Positions 56,536 to 64,000 of a DNA stretch of 64,000 nucleotides are shown in pieces. Positions within the stretch are counted from its first letter, which is position 1. Each line of letters begins with the position of its first letter. The translations under genes and the position numbers were made by a program. The notes under the pieces are model-generated. The model was given only the letters and a program-made list of their open reading frames with translations. It was not told where the DNA came from and did not search any database. Source of the stretch: an uncultured Actinomycetes bacterium (lineage in GTDB: Bacteria; Actinomycetota; Acidimicrobiia; IMCC26256; PALSA-610); assembly GCA_963708105.1 (NCBI GenBank), contig OY970186.1, forward strand, positions 751,790 to 815,789, given 5' to 3'.

Positions 56536-57324
56536 GTGAGCGGGAGTCCGGTGTTGGAGTGCGCGGGCGTCGGACTCGTCATCGAGGACACGACGATCCT
56601 GACGGATATCGATTGGGCGGTGCTGCCGTCGGAACGCTGGGTGATCCTCGGCGCGAACGGCGCGGGCAAGACCTCTCTGCTGCGGATTGTGTCGCTGTAC
56701 CAGCACCCGTCGCACGGCACCGTCGAGGTGCTCGGACAACGGCTCGGCCGCACCGACGTGCGCACGCTGCGCGAACGGATCGCGTTCTCGTCGCCCGCGC
56801 TCGCGGCCAAGCTCGAACCGTCGATGACCGCGGTCGAGGTCGTGATGACCGCGCGCTACGCCGCGCTCGCACCCTGGTGGCACCAGTACACCGACGCCGA
56901 TCGGGCCCGGGCCCACGCCCTCCTCGACGAGTGGCGCTGCGACGCCCTCGCCGCGCACCGCTTCCCCACTCTCTCGGCGGGCGAGCGTCAGCGGGTGCTC
57001 TTGGCCCGGATGCTCATGAACGAACCTGGGGTCGCGCTGCTCGACGAGCCGACCGCGGGCCTCGACATCGGCGGCCGCGAGGAGCTGGTGGCCGATCTCT
57101 CGGTCTGGGCGCGCGATCCGGATCGGCCCGCGATGGTGCTCGTCACCCATCACCTCGAGGAGATCCCGCCCGCGTTCACGCACGCGCTCGTACTGAAGAA
57201 CGGACGCACGCTCGCGAACGGGCCGCTCGCCGAGATCGTCAACAGTGAAACGCTCAGCGAGGCGTACGAGTTGAACCTGATCGTGGAAGAGCGTGCCGGC
57301 CGCTACACCGCCCGGCTCGCGTAA
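56536..57324 (+). CDS. ABC transporter ATP-binding protein (orphan)
   Basis: [30 protein letters not shown]. Confidence 0.9.
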   Translation: MSGSPVLECAGVGLVIEDTTILTDIDWAVLPSERWVILGANGAGKTSLLRIVSLYQHPSHGTVEVLGQRLGRTDVRTLRERIAFSSPALAAKLEPSMTAVEVVMTARYAALAPWWHQYTDADRARAHALLDEWRCDALAAHRFPTLSAGERQRVLLARMLMNEPGVALLDEPTAGLDIGGREELVADLSVWARDPDRPAMVLVTHHLEEIPPAFTHALVLKNGRTLANGPLAEIVNSETLSEAYELNLIVEERAGRYTARLA

Positions 57325-57337
57325 CCGGGGTTACGCG
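57318..57337. terminator. Hairpin built from the ends of two convergent genes
   Basis: CGCGTAACC-GG-GGTTACGCG. Confidence 0.5.
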
Positions 57338-58588
57338 CTGCCGGCGAGACTCGTCCTCGGTCACCAACGTGGGCGTGACCTTGCGCAGCACGACCTCTTT
57401 GTCGACGACGCACTTCACGACGTCGGTACGAGAGGGCAGGTCGTACATGACCTCGAGCAACACCTCTTCGAGGATCGCACGCAGGCCTCGCGCTCCGGTT
57501 CCACGCTTCAACGCTTCGTCGGCGATGGCATCGAGTGCATCGTCGCCGAAGACGAGATCGACGTCGTCGAAGTGGAAGAACTTCTGGTACTGCTTCACCA
57601 GCGCGTTCTTCGGCTCGATCAGGATGCGCATCAGCGCGTCCTTGTCGAGGTTGTGCACCACGCCCACAACGGGCAGACGACCGACGAACTCGGGGATGAG
57701 GCCGAACTTCAGGAGGTCTTCGGGGAGAACATCGGCCAAGAAGCGGCCGGTCTCTTCGAGATCGTTCTTCTTGCGCACGTCGGCGCCGAAGCCGATGCCG
57801 CGGTTGCCGATACGGGCTTCCACGATCCGGTCGAGGCCGGCGAACGCACCACCACAGATGAACAGGATGTTCGTGGTGTCGATCTGGATGAACTCTTGGT
57901 GCGGGTGTTTACGCCCACCTTGGGGCGGGACCGACGCGGTGGTTCCTTCGAGGATCTTCAACAGCGCCTGTTGCACACCCTCGCCGGACACGTCGCGCGT
58001 GATCGACGGGTTCTCGGCCTTGCGGGCGATCTTGTCGATCTCGTCGATGTAGATGATGCCCGTCTCGGCCTTCTTGACGTCGTAGTCGGCGGCCTGGATG
58101 AGCTTCAACAAGATGTTCTCGACGTCTTCGCCGACGTAGCCCGCTTCGGTGAGCGCAGTGGCGTCGGCGATCGCGAACGGCACCTTCAACATGCGGGCCA
58201 ACGTTTGCGCGAGGAGCGTCTTGCCGCAGCCGGTCGGGCCGATCAACAAGATGTTCGACTTCTGCAACTCGACGTCGGGGTCGCCGTACGCGCCGACCTG
58301 CACGCGCTTGTAGTGGTTGTACACCGCGACGGACAGGATCTTCTTCGCCTGCTCCTGGCCGATGATGTAGTCGTTCAGGTACTCGTAGATCTCACGCGGC
58401 TTCGGCAGCTCATCGAAGTGCACCTCGGTGCTCTGCGACAGCTCTTCTTCGATGATCTCGTTACAGAGATCGATGCACTCGTCGCAGATGTAGACACCTG
58501 GACCCGCGATGAGCTTCTTGACCTGCTTTTGGCTCTTCCCGCAGAAGGAACACTTCAGCAGGTCGCCACCGTCACCGAACTTTGCCAC
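57331..58588 (-). CDS. clpX: ATP-dependent Clp protease ATP-binding subunit ClpX (ORF as read runs to 57254; likely true stop TAA 57331-57333)
   Basis: CSFCGK zinc finger, [24 protein letters not shown]. Confidence 0.96.
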
Positions 58589-58623
58589 CGGAAGAGCCCC
58601 TTTCCCCCTGGGTCCTCGAGTAC

Positions 58624-59259
58624 CTAGCTCGTGCCTTCGGCCGACGGTACCGCGGCGAGCTCACGATTGGTGAGGATCTCGTCGACGATGCCGTACTCCT
58701 TGGCCTCGATGCCGCTCATGATGAAGTCACGGTCGGTGTCCTTCGACACCCGATCGAGCGCCTGACCGGTGTGGAAGGCGAGGATCTCGTCGAGGAGCTC
58801 GCGCATGCGCACGATCTCCTTGGCCTGGATCTCGATGTCGACCGCTTGACCCGACGCACCACCGTGCGGCTGGTGGATGAGCACCCGGGCGTGCGGGAGG
58901 ATGAACCGCTTGCCCGGCGCACCCGATGCGAGCAGCACCGCAGCGGCCGACGCAGCCTGACCGATGCAGCACGTCTGCACGTCGGGCTTGATGTACTGCA
59001 TCGTGTCGTAGATCGCGAACAGACCCGTGATCTCGCCGCCGGGCGAGTTGATGTACATGATGATGTCTTTTTCCGGGTCCTCGGACTCGAGGATGAGCAG
59101 CTGCGCGATCAACAAGTTCGCGACGCTGTCGTCGACCGGCGTACCCAAGAAGATGATGCGATCGTTCGCGAGCCGCGAGTAGGGATCCCACTCCATCCGG
59201 CCGCGGGGGGTGTCTTGGATGAATCGCGGCACCGGGACGTATTCGTTGCGGATACTCAC
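58624..59259 (-). CDS. clpP: Clp protease proteolytic subunit
   Basis: YINSPGG, GQAASAA, IHQP, DRD. Confidence 0.96.
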   Translation of the reverse strand: MSIRNEYVPVPRFIQDTPRGRMEWDPYSRLANDRIIFLGTPVDDSVANLLIAQLLILESEDPEKDIIMYINSPGGEITGLFAIYDTMQYIKPDVQTCCIGQAASAAAVLLASGAPGKRFILPHARVLIHQPHGGASGQAVDIEIQAKEIVRMRELLDEILAFHTGQALDRVSKDTDRDFIMSGIEAKEYGIVDEILTNRELAAVPSAEGTS

Positions 59260-60752
59260 GCCTCGGACTCCTTCTCGTCGTGATCGTGGGGGTGTTCGTG
59301 ATCGTGCGGGTGATCGTGATCGTGGTCGTGGTCGTGGTCGTGCGCTTCGGCGTGCAGTTCGTCGTTTCCAAGTTCGTCGTCTGACACGGTCAGGTCGATC
59401 TCGTTACCTTCCTCGTCGACCACGGTTGCGTGATCCACGAGGAACTCGAGCGCTTTTCCACGGGCAACGTCAGAGCGTACCGCCTCCAGCGCACCACTCC
59501 GTTCGAGCTCGCGTCGGACCTTGGCCGGCTTCTGCTCGGTGCGCTCGGCGAGCTGATTCACCTCGGCGTCGACCTCTTCGTCGCTCGTAGTGATGCCTTC
59601 TTGGGTCACGACCGCGCGCAGCGCGAGATCGGCGAGCACGGCACGCGCCGCACCCACCCTGAGCTCGTCGATGAACGCCTGCGGTTCGGTACCCGTCATC
59701 TCGAGGTACTGCTCGAGGCTCGCGCCCTGATGCGAAAGGCGGTGGGCCAGGTCTTCGACGCGGCGCCGCGTCTCGGTGTCGATCAGCGTGGGCGGCGCCT
59801 CGATCGGTACGAGATCCGCGGCCGCTTCGAGCACTTTGTCGCGCAACGCCATCTGGGCCTGCAGGCGCCGCATGGTCTCGACACGCTTGCGGATGTCGGC
59901 GCGCAGTTCCTGGACGGTCTCGAACTCGCTCGCTTCCGCGGCCCACGCGTCGGTGAGATCCGGCAACACCTTCTGCTTGGCTTCCTTCACGATGACGCGG
60001 AACTTCGCGTCTTGGCCCGCGTACTCGGCGAACCGCTCGGGCAACGAGCTCGTGAACTCGAGGATGGCGCCGGGCTTGGTGCCGCGCAGTTGATCGTCGA
60101 GCTCGTCGACAACCATTCCCGAACCGACCCGGTACAAGAAATCGCTGGCCGTGAGGCCCTCGACTTCGTCGCCGTCGATCGAGCCCGCAATGTCGATGGT
60201 TGCGTAGGCATCGTCGACGAGGGGGAAATCGGAGTCGGCGAGGTCGGCGAACCGATCCCGCAACGCGTCGACCTGCGAGTCGACGTCGGCTTCGGAGATC
60301 GACTGGAACGGCACCTCGACGCGCAGCTCGTCGTAGCCGAGCAACTTCACCTGCGGACGGATCTCGACGACCGCATCGAACTCGACGTCGCCGTCTTGCT
60401 GGCCGGCCGTGATCTCGATCTCGGGCGGCGCGATGACGTCGACGTCGTGCTCGGTGACAGCCTCGACGTAGTACTCCGGCAACGAATCCTGCAGCGCCTG
60501 TTCGCGCGCCATGTCGGAGCCGAGCCGCGCCTCGAGCAGCTTGCGGGGCGCCTTCCCCGGGCGGAAGCCGGGGATGCGGACCTCGCGGGCGAGTTTGCGG
60601 AAGGCCGCGTCGATCGCCTGCTCGAACTCGGTCGCGGGCACGACGATGTGAAGCTTGACCTTGTTCGCGACGCCGGCCGGAGAGTCGTCCGGAGCTGCGT
60701 TTTCCTCGTCGTCGCCAACGGGGGTTTCGACGGGTTCGACGGTGCTCTGCAT
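59256..60752 (-). CDS. tig: Trigger factor with His/Asp-rich C-terminal tail
   Basis: [10 protein letters not shown] ribosome-binding motif; position before clpP. Confidence 0.95.
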   Translation of the reverse strand: MQSTVEPVETPVGDDEENAAPDDSPAGVANKVKLHIVVPATEFEQAIDAAFRKLAREVRIPGFRPGKAPRKLLEARLGSDMAREQALQDSLPEYYVEAVTEHDVDVIAPPEIEITAGQQDGDVEFDAVVEIRPQVKLLGYDELRVEVPFQSISEADVDSQVDALRDRFADLADSDFPLVDDAYATIDIAGSIDGDEVEGLTASDFLYRVGSGMVVDELDDQLRGTKPGAILEFTSSLPERFAEYAGQDAKFRVIVKEAKQKVLPDLTDAWAAEASEFETVQELRADIRKRVETMRRLQAQMALRDKVLEAAADLVPIEAPPTLIDTETRRRVEDLAHRLSHQGASLEQYLEMTGTEPQAFIDELRVGAARAVLADLALRAVVTQEGITTSDEEVDAEVNQLAERTEQKPAKVRRELERSGALEAVRSDVARGKALEFLVDHATVVDEEGNEIDLTVSDDELGNDELHAEAHDHDHDHDHDHPHDHEHPHDHDEKESEA

Positions 60753-60784
60753 AAGGAGGAAGAAGTGTACCGGTGGAGGTCAGG

Positions 60785-60843
60785 TACGGTCGTTCTCGCG
60801 GTCCGTATGGGTCGCTCGCGCTTTTCTATGGGTCGCTCGCGCT
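60785..60843. repeat. 21-bp-period tandem repeat (TATGGGTCGCTCGCGCT x2 plus one degenerate copy)
   Basis: 60806-60822 identical to 60827-60843; degenerate copy from 60785. Confidence 0.85.
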
Positions 60844-60898
60844 GCGTCTCGGGCAGAGCGGCTGCGCGGGTCGTGCCCGAGGCTCCGATGCCACTCCT
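60831..60898. repeat. 68-nt structured dispersed repeat, copy B
   Basis: Reverse complement aligns ungapped with 25881-25948; stem GTCTCGGGCA/TGCCCGAGGC. Confidence 0.85.
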
Positions 60899-60946
60899 AT
60901 CGTTCGGGTACGGGTATGGCCCGGATTTGGTGCTGAAAGGACTCGG

Positions 60947-61897
60947 GTGATCGATCTGACGGATCGGGTCGCGATCGTGACCGGCGCGGGGCGCGGGATC
61001 GGGCGGGCCTATGCCCTGCGACTCGCGGCGTACGGCGCGCGGGTCGTGGTGAACGATGCCGGGGTCGCGACCGACGGCACCGCCACCGACGAGGATCCCG
61101 CGGCCGAGGTGGTCGCGGAGATCGCGCTCGGGGGTGGTGCGGGCATGGCACATCGGGGCGACATCGGTGACGCGGCCGTCGCCGACGCGCTCGTCGCGCG
61201 GGCCCTCGACACGTGGGGCCGGCTCGACATCGTCATCAACAACGCCGGTTTCGGCCGGCCGCGCATGGTGTTCAACCTCAGTGACGAGGAATGGGACGAC
61301 GTGATCCGTGTGCACCTGCGCGGCACGTTCGTGGTGTCGCGCGCTGCGTGCCGGCATTGGCGCACCGAGTCCAAGGCGAACAACGGCAGCTACGGCCGCC
61401 TGATCAACACGGCAACCGGGTTGCTTCTCTACGGCGGCGCCGGTCAGTCGAACTACGTCGCGGCCAAGGCCGGAATCCAGGCGTTCACCGAAGCGATCGC
61501 GACCGAGATGGCGCCGCACGGTGTGACTGCGAACACGATCATGCCCGGCGCGAACACGCGCCTCGCGCAGATCGGTTGGCGCATGGCCCGCCGCGCCGAC
61601 GCCGACACCGACGCCGACACCGACACCGACACCGACGCCGGCTTCGATCCGCGCGACCCCATACACGTCGGCGAGTTCGGTGCGTACCTCGCGTCACCCG
61701 ACGCGGGCTGGATCTCGGGCCAGACCTTCCAGGTGCGGGGCGGAACCGTCGAACACGTCGAGACGTGGACGGTGCGCGACACGGCCCGCGCCGAGAACGG
61801 ATTCACCGCCGCCGACTATCAGCGCGAGATTCCGCGCCTGTTCGGTGCAGCGGCGAAACGCGCCGATCCACCGCCCGCCGGCTGGAAAGCGAAATAG
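60947..61897 (+). CDS. SDR family oxidoreductase
   Basis: TGAGRGIG, NNAG, YVAAK; GAAAGG RBS. Confidence 0.92.
   Translation: MIDLTDRVAIVTGAGRGIGRAYALRLAAYGARVVVNDAGVATDGTATDEDPAAEVVAEIALGGGAGMAHRGDIGDAAVADALVARALDTWGRLDIVINNAGFGRPRMVFNLSDEEWDDVIRVHLRGTFVVSRAACRHWRTESKANNGSYGRLINTATGLLLYGGAGQSNYVAAKAGIQAFTEAIATEMAPHGVTANTIMPGANTRLAQIGWRMARRADADTDADTDTDTDAGFDPRDPIHVGEFGAYLASPDAGWISGQTFQVRGGTVEHVETWTVRDTARAENGFTAADYQREIPRLFGAAAKRADPPPAGWKAK
61595..61636 (+). repeat. (RCCGAC)7 in-frame hexamer repeat in SDR gene
   Basis: Encodes ADADTDADTDTDTD. Confidence 0.9.
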
Positions 61898-61934
61898 ATC
61901 GCCGCCGGTCGGAAGTGTCAGTCGGTCGCGAAAT

Positions 61935-61955
61935 GCGAGCGGTACGACCGCTCGC
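61935..61955. terminator. Hairpin between convergent SDR and tatA
   Basis: GCGAGCGGT-ACG-ACCGCTCGC. Confidence 0.65.
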
Positions 61956-62147
61956 TCAGTCGGACTTTGACTTCTCGGATTTCTTGGAGTCGTCCTCGTC
62001 GGTGTGACCCTCTTCGAGACCCTTCTTGAACTCCTTCTGCGCCGAGCCGAGACCACGCGCGAGCTTCGGGAGCTGCGAGCCACCGAAGAGCACGAGGATG
62101 ACGACCAACACGATCAGGATGTCGGGCCCGATGATTTCGCCAAGCAT
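61956..62147 (-). CDS. tatA: Twin-arginine translocase TatA/TatE subunit
   Basis: TM then FGGSQLPKLARGLG..KEFKKG; TACACT 6 nt before ATG. Confidence 0.92.
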   Translation of the reverse strand: MLGEIIGPDILIVLVVILVLFGGSQLPKLARGLGSAQKEFKKGLEEGHTDEDDSKKSEKSKSD

Positions 62148-62220
62148 GAGGTCAGTGTAACCCCGCTTATGCAGCCCGGCGTCAGCGGCTCAGGTGCGAA
62201 TCGTTCGCACGAGAGTCCGT

Positions 62221-63504
62221 TCAGACCCGAGGTCGGTTGGTCAGGCGTTGCCAGGTGGCGAGGTCGCGTTCGTCGGCCCGGCGCCCGGTCCGGGTCACCG
62301 GGTCGACATCGGGCGCCTCGGCCCGCAGTGCCCCGGCCGTACAGCGCTCGGGCGGGCGGAGGGCGAACGGATCGAACTGGTAGTGCCGCATCGCGTTCTG
62401 ATGGGTGATGCGGCCGACCACGTCCGGCTCGAGCTCGGCGAAGAGCTCGGCGCAGCGCTCGGGTGCGCCCGGCCACGAACTGTCGGAGTGCGGGTAGTCA
62501 CTCTCCCAACAGACATTGTCGATGTTGAACTCGTCGAGCAGCTTCACCCCGACCGGATCCGTGATGAAGCAGCACAGGATCCGCTCGCGGAAAAGCTCCG
62601 TCGGCGACAAACCTTGAGGCATGTCGTGGCCCATCCAGCCGTTGTGCCGGGCGAGCGTGTGCTCGGCGCGCCACAGGAAATACGGGATCCAACCGATGTC
62701 GCCTTCGGTCAGCGCGAAGCGCAGCTGCGGGAACCGGTGCCAGAAGTCGGCCCACAAGAGATCGCCGAGCGTGTAGATCGCCATCACCGAGGAGAGGTTC
62801 ATCGGGACCGGCGGCGGCGCGTCCGGTGATGTCGACGCGCTCTTCGACGACGAACCGACGTGACAACACAACACCGTTGCCGTTTCGCTGCACGCCGCGA
62901 ACAACGGGTCCCACTCGTCGGTGTGGATGCTCGGCATGCCGAGGCCGGCCGGGTTCTCCGAGAACGTCACCGCGTGGCAACCCTTCGCCGCGAGACGATG
63001 CACTTCGCGTGCCGCCTCGTGCACGTCGAACAGCGGGAGGATGCCACAGGGGATGAAGCGCTCCGGATACGCGCCGCACCACTCGTCGACGTGCCAGTCG
63101 TTGTACGCCTTGATCATGACGAGGTTGGTGTCGCGGTCGGGACCCTGGTTGAGCACCTGCCCGGAGAAGCCGGTCCAGTTCGGGAAGTTGAGTCCCGCGA
63201 GCTGGCCGCCCGCCGACATGTCGCGGACCCGCTCGTGCACGTCGTAGCAACCGGGGCGCATGTGCTCGTAGCGCAGCGGATCGACGTTGAAGAACTCGGG
63301 CGCCTTGCCCGCGACCGCGTTGAGCCCGAGGTTCCGGCCCCTGATGTCGCCGTAGAACCACTGTTGCGATCCGTCGGCTTCGTCGACGACGCGCGGCGCG
63401 CGGTCGCGGTAGCGCTCGGGAACGTGCGCGTCGAACATTCCGGCCGGCTCGCAGATGTGATCGTCGACCGACACGAGGATGAGATCCTCGGCCGCGACGC
63501 TCAT
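62221..63504 (-). CDS. Amidohydrolase family 2 protein
   Basis: SVDDHICEP, AYNDW, CCHVG, EGDIGW, WESDYPHSD. Confidence 0.9.
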   Translation of the reverse strand: MSVAAEDLILVSVDDHICEPAGMFDAHVPERYRDRAPRVVDEADGSQQWFYGDIRGRNLGLNAVAGKAPEFFNVDPLRYEHMRPGCYDVHERVRDMSAGGQLAGLNFPNWTGFSGQVLNQGPDRDTNLVMIKAYNDWHVDEWCGAYPERFIPCGILPLFDVHEAAREVHRLAAKGCHAVTFSENPAGLGMPSIHTDEWDPLFAACSETATVLCCHVGSSSKSASTSPDAPPPVPMNLSSVMAIYTLGDLLWADFWHRFPQLRFALTEGDIGWIPYFLWRAEHTLARHNGWMGHDMPQGLSPTELFRERILCCFITDPVGVKLLDEFNIDNVCWESDYPHSDSSWPGAPERCAELFAELEPDVVGRITHQNAMRHYQFDPFALRPPERCTAGALRAEAPDVDPVTRTGRRADERDLATWQRLTNRPRV

Positions 63505-63514
63505 CGAACCCAGC

Positions 63515-64000
63515 TCACCGGACGACATCTCCGTCGATCTGCGGCGTGGGCACGACGATCAACGGCATCTCCTCGGGTGCGCCGAATGCCACGGATGCCT
63601 TCGAGAACGCGATCGCGGTTGCGATCGTCGCGGTCAGCTCGACGATCTCTTCGTCGGTGAACTCCGCGAGCAGCGCGGCGCGCAGGTCGGCGTCGACGCG
63701 GGCGTCGGCGATCAGCGCGTCGGCGAGACGGGCCGCGAGCTTCCAGCGCGGCGGCAACGCGCTGTCGGCGTAGCCGTCGTCGATCAGCTCAACGTATTCC
63801 TCTTCCAAGCCCTGCTCGCGCGCGGTGGCGAAGCGCAGGTTCTTGCAGATTCCGCAACCGGTGACGCCGCGCATTGCGCAGCCGACCGACCTCTTTGGTG
63901 GGATCGTCGACCACGCCGTCGGACCAGAGCGTGCCGTAGTAACGGTTGAACGCGTCCCACGACTCGGGATGGTGGTCGAACGGGGTGAGCCCGCCCTTGG
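63515..64000 (-). CDS. Carboxymuconolactone decarboxylase/AhpD-like protein (5' partial; apparent frameshift ~63880)
   Basis: TGCGICKNLRF CxxC, F.DEEIVEL; upstream frame LWSDGVVD..TKE. Confidence 0.72.
   Translation of the reverse strand, partial: PRAGSPRSTTIPSRGTRSTVTTARSGPTAWSTIPPKRSVGCAMRGVTGCGICKNLRFATAREQGLEEEYVELIDDGYADSALPPRWKLAARLADALIADARVDADLRAALLAEFTDEEIVELTATIATAIAFSKASVAFGAPEEMPLIVVPTPQIDGDVVR

Noticed and set aside
60785-60843. Mini CRISPR array
   Set aside because: Units are 17 bp with 4-nt gaps, there are no spacers of CRISPR length and no cas genes.
60753-60946. tRNA upstream of tig (common in other bacteria)
   Set aside because: No T-loop GTTCRA arm or cloverleaf found.

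Overview
High-GC actinobacterial chromosome segment; gene content and order best fit Acidimicrobiia (inference). A conserved housekeeping backbone runs on the minus strand: tig-clpP-clpX ... valS-folC-ndk-mreBCD-mrdA-rodA-radical SAM pair-rne-rplU-rpmA ... obgE-proB-proA ... nadD-rsfS ... leuS. About 20 kb of accessory genes lie between tRNA-Ala(GGC) and rsfS: a DsbB/DUF929 redox module with a Cys-rich upstream ORF, a GMC-zwf-GH15-cydAB operon divergent from ndh, a cation/H+ antiporter, two epoxide-hydrolase-like genes, an ArsR/SRPBCC/DUF899 operon, and a fluoride riboswitch ahead of a CLC-F exporter. More than 20 genes, including essential ones, carry small indels that I read as sequencing errors, not pseudogenes. 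The most notable unexplained signals are: (1) a 17-bp palindrome TCACCC-N5-GGGTGA in three consecutive intergenic regions, always exactly 22 bp upstream of an nAnnnT -10 hexamer (four promoters), suggesting an activator regulon; (2) a 68-nt dispersed structured repeat in two copies 35 kb apart with three compensatory base-pair changes; (3) a perfectly symmetric bidirectional leaderless promoter; (4) a candidate arrest-peptide leader before dsbB; (5) a His/Asp-tailed trigger factor and a possibly membrane-anchored RsfS. No CRISPR array, integrase or transposase was found. All calls are by eye, without database searches.
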